Positions 20,466-31,080 of a DNA stretch of 64,000 nucleotides are shown piece by piece. Each line of letters begins with the position of its first letter. Position 1 is the first letter of the stretch. This DNA is from Thermoplasmatota archaeon (GTDB lineage: Archaea; Thermoplasmatota; E2; DHVEG-1). The stretch spans positions 558 through 64,557 of the forward strand of contig JAWOGM010000054.1 in NCBI GenBank assembly GCA_046496795.1, given 5' to 3'. A model generated the notes under the pieces. It was not told the origin of the DNA. It ran no database searches and saw only the letters and a list, made by a program, of their open reading frames with translations. Made by a program: the position numbers and the translations under genes.

Positions 20466-21302
20466 TCAAAACTTCCGAGAGATATAATCTAAAACAGACT
20501 CAAAAATAGCCCTTCCATCTCCATTTCCATCAGCACAATTATGTAACGTCCAATCTGGATGTTGATATCTATAAAACGTTCTCTCTGGATGAGGCATCAT
20601 ACCAAAAACAGTACCTGAATGATTGCAAATCCCTGCAATATTAAATAAAGATCCGTTGGGGTTCCAGGGATACCCTGCATAATTACCATCAGGATCAACA
20701 TAACGAAAGACGATTTGATCGTTCTTTTGAAGAGACTTAAGAAACGTTTTTTCCTTTTCCTTTGGAAATAATAGTTTTCCTTCAGCATGGGCACTTGGAA
20801 TTAATCGAATATCATTTTTTGGAATCTTCGAGGTGAAAACACAGGTTTGTTTATTTTCATGTTTTAATAATGTTGGTCTGCATTCAAAACGATCTGAATC
20901 ATTAATATATAAACATGCCTGAGGAACAGAACTGAGCGTTGCATCAAAACCGGGTAACAATCCAAGTTCAGTTAACACTTGAAAACCATTACAAATACCA
21001 AGAATAGGAAACTCTTGAGAAACAAATTCAGATAAATCATTTTGTAATTTACTTTTAATACGAGCTGCAAAAATTGCCCCCGCACGAATATAATCTCCTG
21101 CTGAAAAACCACCAGGAATCATTAGACATTGATAATCAAAAATATTTCTTTTCTCATGTTTATTACAATCCATACCAAGAAGCTGTTTTAAATGAACAAA
21201 CTCAGGCTTCGCCCCCAAGCGTTTAAAAGAATCGTATGATTCCTGTTCACAGTTAGTACCTTCAATTTGCATAACACCAATCGCGATATCTTGTATCTTC
21301 AC
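20466..21302 (-). CDS. purQ: FGAM synthase glutaminase subunit
   Basis: GTNCE, PGGFSAGDY, LGICNGFQ, AHAEG, YPWNPNGS, MMPHPER. GTG 21302 is 4 nt after AGGTGA. Confidence 0.93.
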   Translation of the reverse strand: MKIQDIAIGVMQIEGTNCEQESYDSFKRLGAKPEFVHLKQLLGMDCNKHEKRNIFDYQCLMIPGGFSAGDYIRAGAIFAARIKSKLQNDLSEFVSQEFPILGICNGFQVLTELGLLPGFDATLSSVPQACLYINDSDRFECRPTLLKHENKQTCVFTSKIPKNDIRLIPSAHAEGKLLFPKEKEKTFLKSLQKNDQIVFRYVDPDGNYAGYPWNPNGSLFNIAGICNHSGTVFGMMPHPERTFYRYQHPDWTLHNCADGNGDGRAIFESVLDYISRKF

Positions 21303-21455
21303 CAATTCACCTAACAAATATCAGTAATTACTTGTATACTATTTCAATCTTTTTTGTTTGAATAAGAGAAACTTCAAAAAGCAAATACAGATAACAATGG
21401 TACCTGCAATGTAGATAATAGAAACATTATTGATGAGAGAGGTACTTCTGCAAAA

Positions 21456-22328
21456 GTGAATTATATGAAGACAAATCTTGAATGTATTCCCTGTTTAATC
21501 AAGCAATCCTTAGAAGCATCTCGAATGGCAACACACAATGAGAACATACAAAAACAAGTTCTCAAAGAAGTAATGAAACATTTACTCACTATCGAGTTTA
21601 ATAATTCTCCCCCTGAGTTATCTCGCGAGATTCATACTATAATCAAAACACTGACAAAAACAAACGACCCATATAAAACAGTAAAAATTAAATCAAATAA
21701 GCAAGCTAAATCCCTCTACCCTCAATTAAAAAAAATGATAGAAAACTCAGAAGATCATTTACTAGCGGCAATAAAACTAGCTATTGTAGGAAATGTGATA
21801 GATTTTGGAACTCTAAACCGTTTTGATCTTAAAGACATGATTGATTCAGCATTACACAAAAAATTTGATGAGTCCAGTTATCCACAATTTCAAAAAAGAT
21901 TATCAGAATCAAAAACAATATTATATATAGCTGACAACAGCGGAGAAATATTTTTTGACAAATTATTACTAGAAGAACTTGTAAAAAGAAAGAAAAAAGT
22001 GACCTATGTTGTAAAAGCAAATCCCATTATCAATGACGTATTAACAGAAGATGCGCTATATGCAGGAATAGATGAATTGGCAACCATTATTGAAGGAGAT
22101 GCTGGGCAAAAAAAATCTGCTCCAGGAATGGTTCTTCATTATATTTCTGATGAATTTAACCACAAATTAAAAACATCAGATATGATCATTTCAAAAGGAC
22201 AAGGTAATTATGAAGCATTAAATAATTATGACCGGGAAATATTCTTTTTGCTTATGATAAAATGTCCTCTGGTCGCAAAAGATATCGGAATTGATATGGG
22301 TCAACTTGTATTAAAGGTGAAACAATGA
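21456..22328 (+). CDS. DUF89/ARMT1-like damage-control phosphatase
   Basis: ECIPC, DPYK, GNVIDFG, DNSGE..FD, PIIND, KGQGNYE, KCP. Confidence 0.9.
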   Translation: MNYMKTNLECIPCLIKQSLEASRMATHNENIQKQVLKEVMKHLLTIEFNNSPPELSREIHTIIKTLTKTNDPYKTVKIKSNKQAKSLYPQLKKMIENSEDHLLAAIKLAIVGNVIDFGTLNRFDLKDMIDSALHKKFDESSYPQFQKRLSESKTILYIADNSGEIFFDKLLLEELVKRKKKVTYVVKANPIINDVLTEDALYAGIDELATIIEGDAGQKKSAPGMVLHYISDEFNHKLKTSDMIISKGQGNYEALNNYDREIFFLLMIKCPLVAKDIGIDMGQLVLKVKQ

Positions 22329-23170
22329 TTATCTCAGTTGCAAGTGGTAAAGGAGGGACAGGTAAAACTACTGTTGCAACGAATTTAGCGTTGAGTCTGG
22401 GAGAGGTACAGTTTTTCGACTGTGACATTGAGCAGCCAAACTCAAATATATTCCTAAAAGCTACCATGAAAGAAAGAAAAGAAGTCAGTGTTCAGATTCC
22501 TATAATAGACAAAGAAAAATGTACTGTTTGTGGCAGTTGTTTAAAATTTTGTGCTTTTAATGCCATTTCAAAACAGTCATCACAAATCCAGGTTTTCCCT
22601 GATCGTTGTCATTCCTGCCAAGGCTGTAAAATTGTCTGCCCCGTAGATGCAATAAGTTGGTCATCAAGACCAATTGGAAAAATAGAACACGGTTTTACAA
22701 AAACTATTGATTTTTATCAAGGTATACTAAACATCGGCGAGGCAATGACAACACCTGTTCTTAGAGAGTTGAAAAAAAATATTGATCCGGAAAAAACTGT
22801 CATCTTAGATGCACCGCCGGGTACAGCTAGTCCAGTAATTGAAACTGTTTATGATTCAGATTATTGTATTCTAGTTACAGAACCGACCCCCTTTGGCCTC
22901 CATGACCTTCAGGCTTCATTTTATCTTTTAAGGAAGCTCTATATTCCTTTTGGGGTAATCATCAATAGAGAAGGGATTGGCGATAAAAAAATTGAGTTTT
23001 TCTGCCAACAACAAAAAATTCCTGTTATTATGAAAATTCCAAATAATAAAGAAATTGCTCATCTATATTCTCAGGGAATACCATTTATAGAAAATATGCC
23101 TAATTGGCGTGAAAAATTTATTGATCTATATAATTTTATAACAGAGAAGGTGAAACCATTAAGCAAATAG
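22325..23170 (+). CDS. MinD-family P-loop ATPase with inserted 4Fe-4S ferredoxin (COG1149)
   Basis: SGKGGTGKT, two CxxCxxCxxxC motifs, DAPPG, EPTPFGLHDL. Confidence 0.9.
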   Translation: MIISVASGKGGTGKTTVATNLALSLGEVQFFDCDIEQPNSNIFLKATMKERKEVSVQIPIIDKEKCTVCGSCLKFCAFNAISKQSSQIQVFPDRCHSCQGCKIVCPVDAISWSSRPIGKIEHGFTKTIDFYQGILNIGEAMTTPVLRELKKNIDPEKTVILDAPPGTASPVIETVYDSDYCILVTEPTPFGLHDLQASFYLLRKLYIPFGVIINREGIGDKKIEFFCQQQKIPVIMKIPNNKEIAHLYSQGIPFIENMPNWREKFIDLYNFITEKVKPLSK

Positions 23171-24024
23171 CTATTATCAGTGGGAAAGCAGGCACAGGGA
23201 AAACATCAATTGCTGCGTCATTTGCAACTCTCTCATCAAAGTCTGTTCTTGCAGATTGCGATGTTGACTCTACCGATCTTCACTTAATCATTAAACCACA
23301 TATAAAGAGAACAACAGGATTTCACGCAAAGAAATTAGCATCAATAGATAAAATTTTATGCACCTCATGTAAAACATGCTATGATTTCTGTAGATTTCAT
23401 GCAATAGATGAAGAAATACATGTCATCAAAGAATTATGTGAAGGATGCGGCGTCTGCCATTATGTTTGTCCAAATGATGCTATAAAAATGATACAAAGAG
23501 ATTCTGGTCTAGTCTATATCTCTGATACTCGCTGTGGCCCCATGTCTCACGCATCACTCAAGACTGCTGAGGAGGCTTCAGGTAAACTAATAACAGTTGT
23601 GAGAAATAACGCAAGAACTATCGCTGAAAGACACAAAAAGGAATTAATAATCATAGATGGGCCGCCTGGAGTCGGATACCCGGTTTTCTCAACAATTATA
23701 GGAGTAGATCTGGTTGTCATTGTCACTGAGCCAACGCTTTCTGCTCTTCAGGACCTCAAACGCATAATAAAAGCATCCCAACATTTCAATATTCCCGCGG
23801 TTGTTTGCATAAACAAATATGATATCAATTTACAAAATACAGAAGAGATCACAAAATATTGCGCAAAAAATTCTATCGAGGTTGTTGGAAAAATCCCTTA
23901 TGACACCATTATAAATGATGCGATGATTCAAGAAAAAAGCGTTGTTGAATTTTCAGATGAATTAACAAGCAGAACCATTAAAGACATGTGGACTAAAATA
24001 CAAGAAAAACTAACAACACAATAA
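23158..24024 (+). CDS. Second COG1149 ATPase/ferredoxin; probable ATT start
   Basis: Frame is open for 110 codons upstream of ATG 23488 and encodes KQIAIISGKAGTGKT, DCDVD and two ferredoxin motifs. AGGTGA lies 4 nt before ATT 23158. Confidence 0.85.
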   Translation: MKQIAIISGKAGTGKTSIAASFATLSSKSVLADCDVDSTDLHLIIKPHIKRTTGFHAKKLASIDKILCTSCKTCYDFCRFHAIDEEIHVIKELCEGCGVCHYVCPNDAIKMIQRDSGLVYISDTRCGPMSHASLKTAEEASGKLITVVRNNARTIAERHKKELIIIDGPPGVGYPVFSTIIGVDLVVIVTEPTLSALQDLKRIIKASQHFNIPAVVCINKYDINLQNTEEITKYCAKNSIEVVGKIPYDTIINDAMIQEKSVVEFSDELTSRTIKDMWTKIQEKLTTQ

Positions 24025-24065
24025 TAAAAGAAAAAAATAGAGCAATAAAGAAAAAAATTGTAAAC

Positions 24066-24419
24066 GTGATCGGTATGAAACACATACATTATAGTAATGT
24101 TGGGCTGGAAACTCTAAAAGAAACGGGAATAAAAGACGTGAAAATAAGATGGTTGATTTCAGAAAAAGATGGTGCAAATAATTTTGCAATGCGTTTATTT
24201 GAGATTCAGCCAAATGGATATACGCCTTTACATCAACATGATTGGGAACATGAAGTTTTCATTGTAGAGGGAAACGGTGTTGCCAATGATAACACAAAAG
24301 AAATTCCCTTCCGACAGGGAGATGTATTTTTTATTCCATCGCTTCAATGGCATCAATTTAAAAACACAGGAAATACGACGCTGAAAGTGCTTTGTTTAAT
24401 CCCTTATAAAAAGGTGTAA
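24066..24419 (+). CDS. Cupin domain protein
   Basis: FAMRLFEI, TPLHQHDWEHEV, HQF. Confidence 0.88.
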   Translation: MIGMKHIHYSNVGLETLKETGIKDVKIRWLISEKDGANNFAMRLFEIQPNGYTPLHQHDWEHEVFIVEGNGVANDNTKEIPFRQGDVFFIPSLQWHQFKNTGNTTLKVLCLIPYKKV

Positions 24420-24442
24420 AAGAAACAAAGGCGAGATCAACT

Positions 24443-25048
24443 ATGCAGCAAAAAGAAAAACAAATAAACGATCTTTCCCTAAAGATATATCATTGTAAAA
24501 AATGTCAATTATGGGAAACAAAAAAAAATTATGTTGTTGGAAATGGTTCATGTAACGCAGATATTTTATTTATTGGTGAAGCCCCAGGATATCATGAGGA
24601 TCAACAGGGCATTCCTTTTGTTGGTCGAGCAGGTAAAGTTTTTGATGAACTCTTACAATCAATTGGATTAAAACGTGATCATGTCTATGTATGTAACATC
24701 CTAAAATGCCGCCCCCCAGGTAATAGAAATCCATATGAATCAGAGATTACAGCATGCACTCCATTTCTAGATAGCCAAATTGATATCATTAAACCATCAA
24801 TAATAGGAACTTTAGGGAATTTTGCCTCTTCATATATTCTAAAAAAATTTGGATTTCCGTTAGAAAAAATAGGCGCTAATCATGGAAAAGTCTACCATAT
24901 GAAAAATTTGATGTTTGAATCCAGAATAATACCCCTCTATCATCCAGCCTCAGTAGTTTACAATACTTCAATGATGTCTCTATTACTCAATGATTTTCAA
25001 ATAATTGCAAAATATGCAAACAAAATAAAAATTAAAAATACTGGTTAG
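24443..25048 (+). CDS. Family 4 uracil-DNA glycosylase
   Basis: CKKC, GEAPG, PFVGRAG, KCRPPGNR, HPAS. Confidence 0.92.
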   Translation: MQQKEKQINDLSLKIYHCKKCQLWETKKNYVVGNGSCNADILFIGEAPGYHEDQQGIPFVGRAGKVFDELLQSIGLKRDHVYVCNILKCRPPGNRNPYESEITACTPFLDSQIDIIKPSIIGTLGNFASSYILKKFGFPLEKIGANHGKVYHMKNLMFESRIIPLYHPASVVYNTSMMSLLLNDFQIIAKYANKIKIKNTG

Positions 25049-25081
25049 ATTTATAACAGGTACATTATTACAGAAAAAGTG

Positions 25082-25315
25082 ATGTGTTTAGCTATACCAG
25101 GAAAAATTATAAAAATAGACAAAGACAAACAACATGGCATTGTAGATTATGGGGAGGGCACCACAAGAAAAGTCAATATTAGCCTTGTTGATGTAAGAAT
25201 TGGCGATTATGTTTTAGTCCATGCAGGATTTGCCATTCAAGTTCTTGATGAACAAGAAGCAAAGGAAACATTATCCCTCTTTCGAGAAATGCTTTCTTCT
25301 GTGGAGGATTTATAG
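25082..25315 (+). CDS. hypC: Hydrogenase maturation chaperone
   Basis: MCLAIPGKI, GDYVLVHAGFA. Confidence 0.95.
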   Translation: MCLAIPGKIIKIDKDKQHGIVDYGEGTTRKVNISLVDVRIGDYVLVHAGFAIQVLDEQEAKETLSLFREMLSSVEDL

Positions 25316-26394
25316 TGTTTTTACTTCGCGATAAAGAAATTGCAAAAAAAATAATAACATCTATAAAAAAATCAAACGTTCACTATAAATTCATGCATGT
25401 TTGTGGGACACATCAAGATACTTTAGTTAAACATGGTCTTGACTCATTACTAAAAAGCTGTGGTATTGAGATAAGACAAGGACCAGGATGTCCTGTCTGT
25501 GTTACAACCCCAAAAGAAATAGAGGAAATGCTTCATTTAGCCAAAAAAAACTATATTATTACGACATTTGGTGATATGATACGTGTACCTGGCGAGCATG
25601 AATCCTTACAGAATATGAAAGAACAAGGATATGATGTTAGAACAGTTTATAGTGTAGAAGATGCAATAGATATTGCAATAAAAAATAAAGAAAATGATGT
25701 TATTTTTATGGCTGTCGGTTTTGAAACAACAACACCTATGAATGCTGATGTCGTATTACGTGAACCCCCATCAAATTTTTCCATGTTATGCTGCCATAGA
25801 GTCATTCCCCCAGCACTTCAAGCCATTCTTGAAATGGGAGATGTAAAACTTGATGGGTTTATCCAGCCAGGCCATGTTTCCGCAATTATTGGATCAAAAC
25901 CCTATGAATTTATTTCAGAAAGATATCATATACCTCAAGTAATAGCAGGATTTGAGCCCCTTGACTTGCTCATGGCTATCTGGATGCTTACCCGTCAGCT
26001 TAAACAGGGAGAGATTAAGGTTGAAAATGAATATGTGCGCGTTGTTAATCATTTAGGAAATGTTAAAGCACAAACATTAATAAAAAATGTTTTTGAATTA
26101 TGCGATATAAAGTGGCGTGGTTTTCCCATCATCCCTCACTCAGGTTTAAAGATAAAAAGAAAATTTGAAGAGTTTGATGCTAGAAAAAAATACGAAGATG
26201 ATCTCATCGTTGTTCATGAAAAAGAGTTTACCGAACCAAAAGGATGCAGATGTGGCGATGTATTACGAGGCATAATCACCTCAGAAAAATGTCCCCTTTT
26301 TGGAAAGAAATGTTACCCAAATAATCCAGTTGGGCCATGTATGGTAAGTATTGAAGGGAGTTGTAATATCCACTATCGCTATAGTAACCAGTAA
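25315..26394 (+). CDS. hypD: Hydrogenase maturation protein
   Basis: VCGTH, GPGCPVC, GFETT, PGHVS, GPCMVSIEGSC. Confidence 0.95.
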   Translation: MFLLRDKEIAKKIITSIKKSNVHYKFMHVCGTHQDTLVKHGLDSLLKSCGIEIRQGPGCPVCVTTPKEIEEMLHLAKKNYIITTFGDMIRVPGEHESLQNMKEQGYDVRTVYSVEDAIDIAIKNKENDVIFMAVGFETTTPMNADVVLREPPSNFSMLCCHRVIPPALQAILEMGDVKLDGFIQPGHVSAIIGSKPYEFISERYHIPQVIAGFEPLDLLMAIWMLTRQLKQGEIKVENEYVRVVNHLGNVKAQTLIKNVFELCDIKWRGFPIIPHSGLKIKRKFEEFDARKKYEDDLIVVHEKEFTEPKGCRCGDVLRGIITSEKCPLFGKKCYPNNPVGPCMVSIEGSCNIHYRYSNQ

Positions 26395-26398
26395 GAAA

Positions 26399-27184
26399 TT
26401 ATTTTATTTTATTTCTTAAAGTAAATAGTGCTAAGGTAATGCTTAAAGAGATACAAAAAGCAAAAACAGTTCCCACTACTATACCATATAATGGATAGAG
26501 GAAATAAATTGAAATCGCATAACTCATCACACTCATGCTTCCAATAATCATAGATTTTGCAATACCAGCGGTAAAAATTGGACCATGTTCTTTTAAAGCA
26601 ATAATCATTGTTGACGCAAAAATCGCAGGGAAAATAGAAAAAATGCCGCTTAATACCGCTGAAGTATTTGAAAGAAGGACAGAGATTGCAATAATTAGTC
26701 CAGCGAGGACCCCACGAAATAGTATCTTAGTTGGAGTATAATGTATCGTTACTTTTCCTACTGATGGAACCTTTTTTCCAAATTCCAAATATAAAAAAAT
26801 ACAGATAAGTGAAAACGCATAGATACTGACTGAGATAACAATGTTTGTAACACTGAAAATATACAGAAGAGAAGAAAAAAAAGTCCATATAATCATAGAT
26901 CCTGTGAAAGCAAGAAAGAGCGAACGGTAGGCAAGCAGAACAAACATTAGTAAAAATAAAAGATTAATTCCCATCTGAAAGGGAACTACAGCTACAGATT
27001 CTACAGCAAAATCAATACCTTGATTAAGAGCAATAAAAATAAAGGCAATTATTATAGTAGAAGGAAGTGTTCCAAAAATTCCTCCAACTTTTGTTCCATA
27101 TCGTTCTGCAATAATGGTGATAACAATTACTATCAATGCAGAGAGAAGAAAGGGTAATATACTTTGATATAATAATAAAAGCAT
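26399..27184 (-). CDS. Multi-pass membrane protein with two-fold repeat (DUF3147-like)
   Basis: About 8 TM helices; GGIFGTLPS and SGIFSIFPA repeats; likely start ATG 27184. Confidence 0.65.
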   Translation of the reverse strand: MLLLLYQSILPFLLSALIVIVITIIAERYGTKVGGIFGTLPSTIIIAFIFIALNQGIDFAVESVAVVPFQMGINLLFLLMFVLLAYRSLFLAFTGSMIIWTFFSSLLYIFSVTNIVISVSIYAFSLICIFLYLEFGKKVPSVGKVTIHYTPTKILFRGVLAGLIIAISVLLSNTSAVLSGIFSIFPAIFASTMIIALKEHGPIFTAGIAKSMIIGSMSVMSYAISIYFLYPLYGIVVGTVFAFCISLSITLALFTLRNKIK

Positions 27185-27315
27185 ACCCGGAAATATACAT
27201 CCATTATAAAATAATTGTATACTAAAAATACCAAAATACCTACTTTTTAAAGTTGATAGATAACATTTATATACCATAGGACAAATATTATCATGAGAAA
27301 TTAGGGGATACTAAT

Positions 27316-29202
27316 ATGAAGAAACTTGTACCATTAATTATAGGTATTTTAGTCCTCAGTGGACTTGGAGCTGCCGTCGCACAAGAAAACACCCAAACAT
27401 TTGTTCTTTCTGATTCCATACATTTTTCAGAGCCAGCAATAATTCAAAATCGACACACAGTGGAAATTAATCTGGAAGAGGCAAATTCAGTTTTAATGGG
27501 TGAAGATAGTTATGATTTACCAATTATTTCAAAAGTGTATACCTTTCCTTTAGGAACATCCATAGATGAGGTCACAGTTTCCTTTTCTGATCCATATTTA
27601 TATACGCTTACATCAGACTTAAATCCTGCACCTATAGCACAATATATCTCAACACAATATCAATCAGAAAAAATATCCTATGAAACAGAGAATATAGACA
27701 TGTATCCACAATATCAATACACCTACAACACTGGAGCAGGACGCTTTAAAGGAGATCATGTTATAATTTTATCTGTTCAACTCAGCCCCATGCTTTATTT
27801 CCCTAATGAAAACATACTTTCCATTTCTGAAGAAGCCTCTATTGAGGTAACCTATACCCTTCCAAAAACACCAATTATCACTGGGGATGCATATGATATG
27901 CTAATTCTTGCACCTGACCATTTCAGTGCAGAATTACAACCTCTTATTGATTATAAAAATAGTAGAGGCATTGACACAGTATTAGTAACACTTAGTCAGA
28001 TTCCTACTCAGGGATCAGACGTACAAGAACAAATCAAATATTTTATAAAAAATGCCTATGAAGACTGGGGTTTTACCTATGTTTTATTGGTCGGAAGTGG
28101 AGTTGAAGGCCAAGAAGTATTTCCCGTACGCCATGTATGGATCCCCTCTGGAAGTTATGAAGCATATTTCCCAAGTGATTTGTATTATGCAGATTTTTAT
28201 AGATCAGATATGAGTTTTGCCAGTTGGGATCATAACAATAACGGAAAATATGGTGAAATTCCTCAAGATATTCCTGCTATGAACATCTATCCTGATGTGT
28301 ATCTGGGCAGACTCGCATGTAGTGATGAATTTGAAGTACGCAGTACCGTAAATAAAATAATCAATTATATGAAACATAACCAGGTCATGGAAAAAATTGT
28401 TCAAATCGCCGGTGATACATTCCCAGGAGATCCTCAAAACATTAACGAAGGAGAATATTCAAATATTGCCGTTATGAATCAACTTCCAGGTTATACCACA
28501 GAACGACTCTGGGCATCAACTAATACACTCACAAAAGTAAATATCATTAACGCAATAAATAAAGGTGTTGATTTCGTTGATTTCTCAGGACATGGAAGTT
28601 ATATGAGTTGGGCAACACATCCCCCAAATGATCCGTCCCGATGGCTTCCTGACGATGGGAAATACTCTGGATTTCTCAACATTAATGTGCCATTTCTGTT
28701 TAATAATAAAAAACTGCCTGTTGTATTTTTATTTGCATGTTCATGTCATAAATTTTCATCCTCTGAAAACTCTCTTGGGTGGGCATTTGTAGAAAATAGT
28801 TATGGTGGTGCAATAGCATCATATGGCGCATCAGGTATTGCATATGGAATGCTTGGTACAGCTATTAATGATCGTGTATTTGGATGGATGCAACTCAATA
28901 CCTTTAAAGGTCTTTACAATGACAAGGTATTAGGAGATGTATGGGGAGACTGCATTGTTGGATATTATAATGCTTTTAACTTTGATATCCAAGAGTCAGA
29001 TTATAAAACACTCTTGCAGTACAATCTATTCGGAGATCCTTCACTCGCTATTGAAACAGGTCCTGATCCGAAAAGCGCAGATGGATATCAGTTCCCTCTG
29101 CTTACTTTAATTCATCAAATCATTCAAAGAACATTAATGCGGTTTCCCTTTCTAGATCGATTGTTTACCCCTGCAATTCTCTCCAGATTACTAACACAAT
29201 AA
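27316..29202 (+). CDS. Secreted gingipain-like C25 cysteine peptidase with propeptide
   Basis: Signal peptide, SDLYYAD, YLGRL, catalytic FSGHG and FACSC, NLFGDP. Confidence 0.88.
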   Translation: MKKLVPLIIGILVLSGLGAAVAQENTQTFVLSDSIHFSEPAIIQNRHTVEINLEEANSVLMGEDSYDLPIISKVYTFPLGTSIDEVTVSFSDPYLYTLTSDLNPAPIAQYISTQYQSEKISYETENIDMYPQYQYTYNTGAGRFKGDHVIILSVQLSPMLYFPNENILSISEEASIEVTYTLPKTPIITGDAYDMLILAPDHFSAELQPLIDYKNSRGIDTVLVTLSQIPTQGSDVQEQIKYFIKNAYEDWGFTYVLLVGSGVEGQEVFPVRHVWIPSGSYEAYFPSDLYYADFYRSDMSFASWDHNNNGKYGEIPQDIPAMNIYPDVYLGRLACSDEFEVRSTVNKIINYMKHNQVMEKIVQIAGDTFPGDPQNINEGEYSNIAVMNQLPGYTTERLWASTNTLTKVNIINAINKGVDFVDFSGHGSYMSWATHPPNDPSRWLPDDGKYSGFLNINVPFLFNNKKLPVVFLFACSCHKFSSSENSLGWAFVENSYGGAIASYGASGIAYGMLGTAINDRVFGWMQLNTFKGLYNDKVLGDVWGDCIVGYYNAFNFDIQESDYKTLLQYNLFGDPSLAIETGPDPKSADGYQFPLLTLIHQIIQRTLMRFPFLDRLFTPAILSRLLTQ

Positions 29203-29337
29203 TATCATAACCAGCCCCCTCTTTTTTTTCTTTTTTTTAAATTGGCTTGTTTAATAATAGTTTGACCTGTGCTAACAATTAACTTTATATAGTGTGAATT
29301 CTTTACTCATGCCAATAAGTGACCAGGAGGTGAAAAA

Positions 29338-29649
29338 TTGGAAGAGGAAAAAAATATAATTACAAGTGTTGCTACAAAAGAAATCGATTTATTAAGCAGA
29401 CATATTGATGTTTTAACAACCGTACGAGATCATGGACCTATTGGAATTATACGGTTATCACAAGTCACCGGACAACCACAACATATGATACGATACTCAT
29501 TACGAACATTAGAAAAAGGAGGAGCAATAAAACCATCTCCAAATGGAGCAGTAGTCACCGATAAAATACATGAAGCATTGGGAACCCTTGAATCAAGCAT
29601 AGACGAAATTAGTACAACAATGACAGAAATAAAAAAGAAATTAAAATAG
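29338..29649 (+). CDS. Small winged-HTH transcription regulator (COG3388-like)
   Basis: RHIDVL, PIGIIRLS, RYSLRTLE, PSPNGA. TTG is 4 nt after AGGTGA. Confidence 0.75.
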   Translation: MEEEKNIITSVATKEIDLLSRHIDVLTTVRDHGPIGIIRLSQVTGQPQHMIRYSLRTLEKGGAIKPSPNGAVVTDKIHEALGTLESSIDEISTTMTEIKKKLK

Positions 29650-29736
29650 AACCAACAATCTTCCAACTTTTTCCATTTTTTGTTTTTAGTTATCTTTTTA
29701 TGTCGAAATTCTATGACAGACATAAGAGGATTTTAT

Positions 29737-31080
29737 ATGAGCAAAACTGAATCAGCATATGCCTATAAAAAAAAATCAGCCTGGGAAAACTTTACAAAAG
29801 ATCAAATAAAAAAAGCATTTGATTTCTCTGAAGAATATAAAACTTTTTTAAAGGATTGTAAAACAGAACGTGAGGCCATACAAAAAATCAAAAAATATGC
29901 AACTGCAGCAAAAAAAAACATTATTATCAACCAAGAAAAAGAAGCTGCAATCATTATCCCCGGGAAAAAACCAATATCAGAAGGGCTACGCATTGTAATA
30001 TCTCATATCGATAGCCCTCGACTTGATCTTAAACAAATACCTCTTTTTGAGGATTCAGATAGCAATATTGGTTTATTTGAAACCCATTATTACGGCGGTA
30101 TAAAAAAATTCCAATGGGTTGTTATACCACTAGCACTTCATGGCGTTGTAATAAGAAAAGATGGTGAAAAAATAACATTTAGTATCGGGGAGAATGCATC
30201 AGATCCTGTTTTTTCTGTCCCAGATTTACTCCCACATTTATCTCATGAAATACAAGACAATAAAAAACTTGATGATGCAATAAAAGCAGAAAGCCTTGAT
30301 ATAATAGTTGGCAGCATACCTTTAAAAGGAGAATATAAAGAAAAAATAAAGACAGCAATCCTTGAAAAATTGCACAAAGATTATGGAATTATTGAGGAGG
30401 ATTTTGTTTCTGCAGAACTTGAGGCAGTTCCTGCGTTTCAACCAAGAGATATAGGTTTTGATCGTTCATTAATCGGAGCGTACGGTCAAGATGACAAAGC
30501 ATCAGCATATCCTGCTTTACAAGCAATCCTAAATGTACAAAACCCAACATATACAGCAATATCATTATTTGTCGATAAAGAAGAAATCGGAAGTGAAGGA
30601 AGTGCAACTGCTCAAGTTACTACTTTTCTTCGATCAGTTATCAAAGAACTAGATCCAACAGCTGATGTTGATAAGGTAATGTTGGAATCAAAAGTCATCT
30701 CAGCAGATGTCAATGCTGCTGTCACTCCAAATTATACTGAAGCATTTGAATTAAAAAATGCATCTGTGTTAGGAAAAGGAGTGGTTATGTCAAAATATAC
30801 CGGTCATGGTGGAAAATATTCTGCTAATGATGCATCTGCTGAATATGTCGCAGAGATACGAACTATGTTAAACAACGAAAAAGTACCATGGCAGACAGGG
30901 GAGCTTGGAAAAGTAGGTAAAGGCGGCGGAGGAACCGTTGCAAAATACTTTTCAAGGCTAGGAATGCAAGTTCTTGATTTAGGACCTGCTGTGCTGTCCA
31001 TGCACTCACCCTATGAAGTCACCAGCAAAGCAGATATCTATGCTACCTATCTTGCATATCATGGATTTTTAAAGCACTAA
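29737..31080 (+). CDS. M18 family aminopeptidase
   Basis: HIDSPRLDLK, THYYGGIKK, YGQDD, KEEIGS, MHSP. Confidence 0.9.
   Translation: MSKTESAYAYKKKSAWENFTKDQIKKAFDFSEEYKTFLKDCKTEREAIQKIKKYATAAKKNIIINQEKEAAIIIPGKKPISEGLRIVISHIDSPRLDLKQIPLFEDSDSNIGLFETHYYGGIKKFQWVVIPLALHGVVIRKDGEKITFSIGENASDPVFSVPDLLPHLSHEIQDNKKLDDAIKAESLDIIVGSIPLKGEYKEKIKTAILEKLHKDYGIIEEDFVSAELEAVPAFQPRDIGFDRSLIGAYGQDDKASAYPALQAILNVQNPTYTAISLFVDKEEIGSEGSATAQVTTFLRSVIKELDPTADVDKVMLESKVISADVNAAVTPNYTEAFELKNASVLGKGVVMSKYTGHGGKYSANDASAEYVAEIRTMLNNEKVPWQTGELGKVGKGGGGTVAKYFSRLGMQVLDLGPAVLSMHSPYEVTSKADIYATYLAYHGFLKH

Noticed and set aside
23171..23487. Apparent gap or pseudogene before ORF 23488
   Set aside because: The frame is open with intact motifs; an ATT start at 23158 explains it better.
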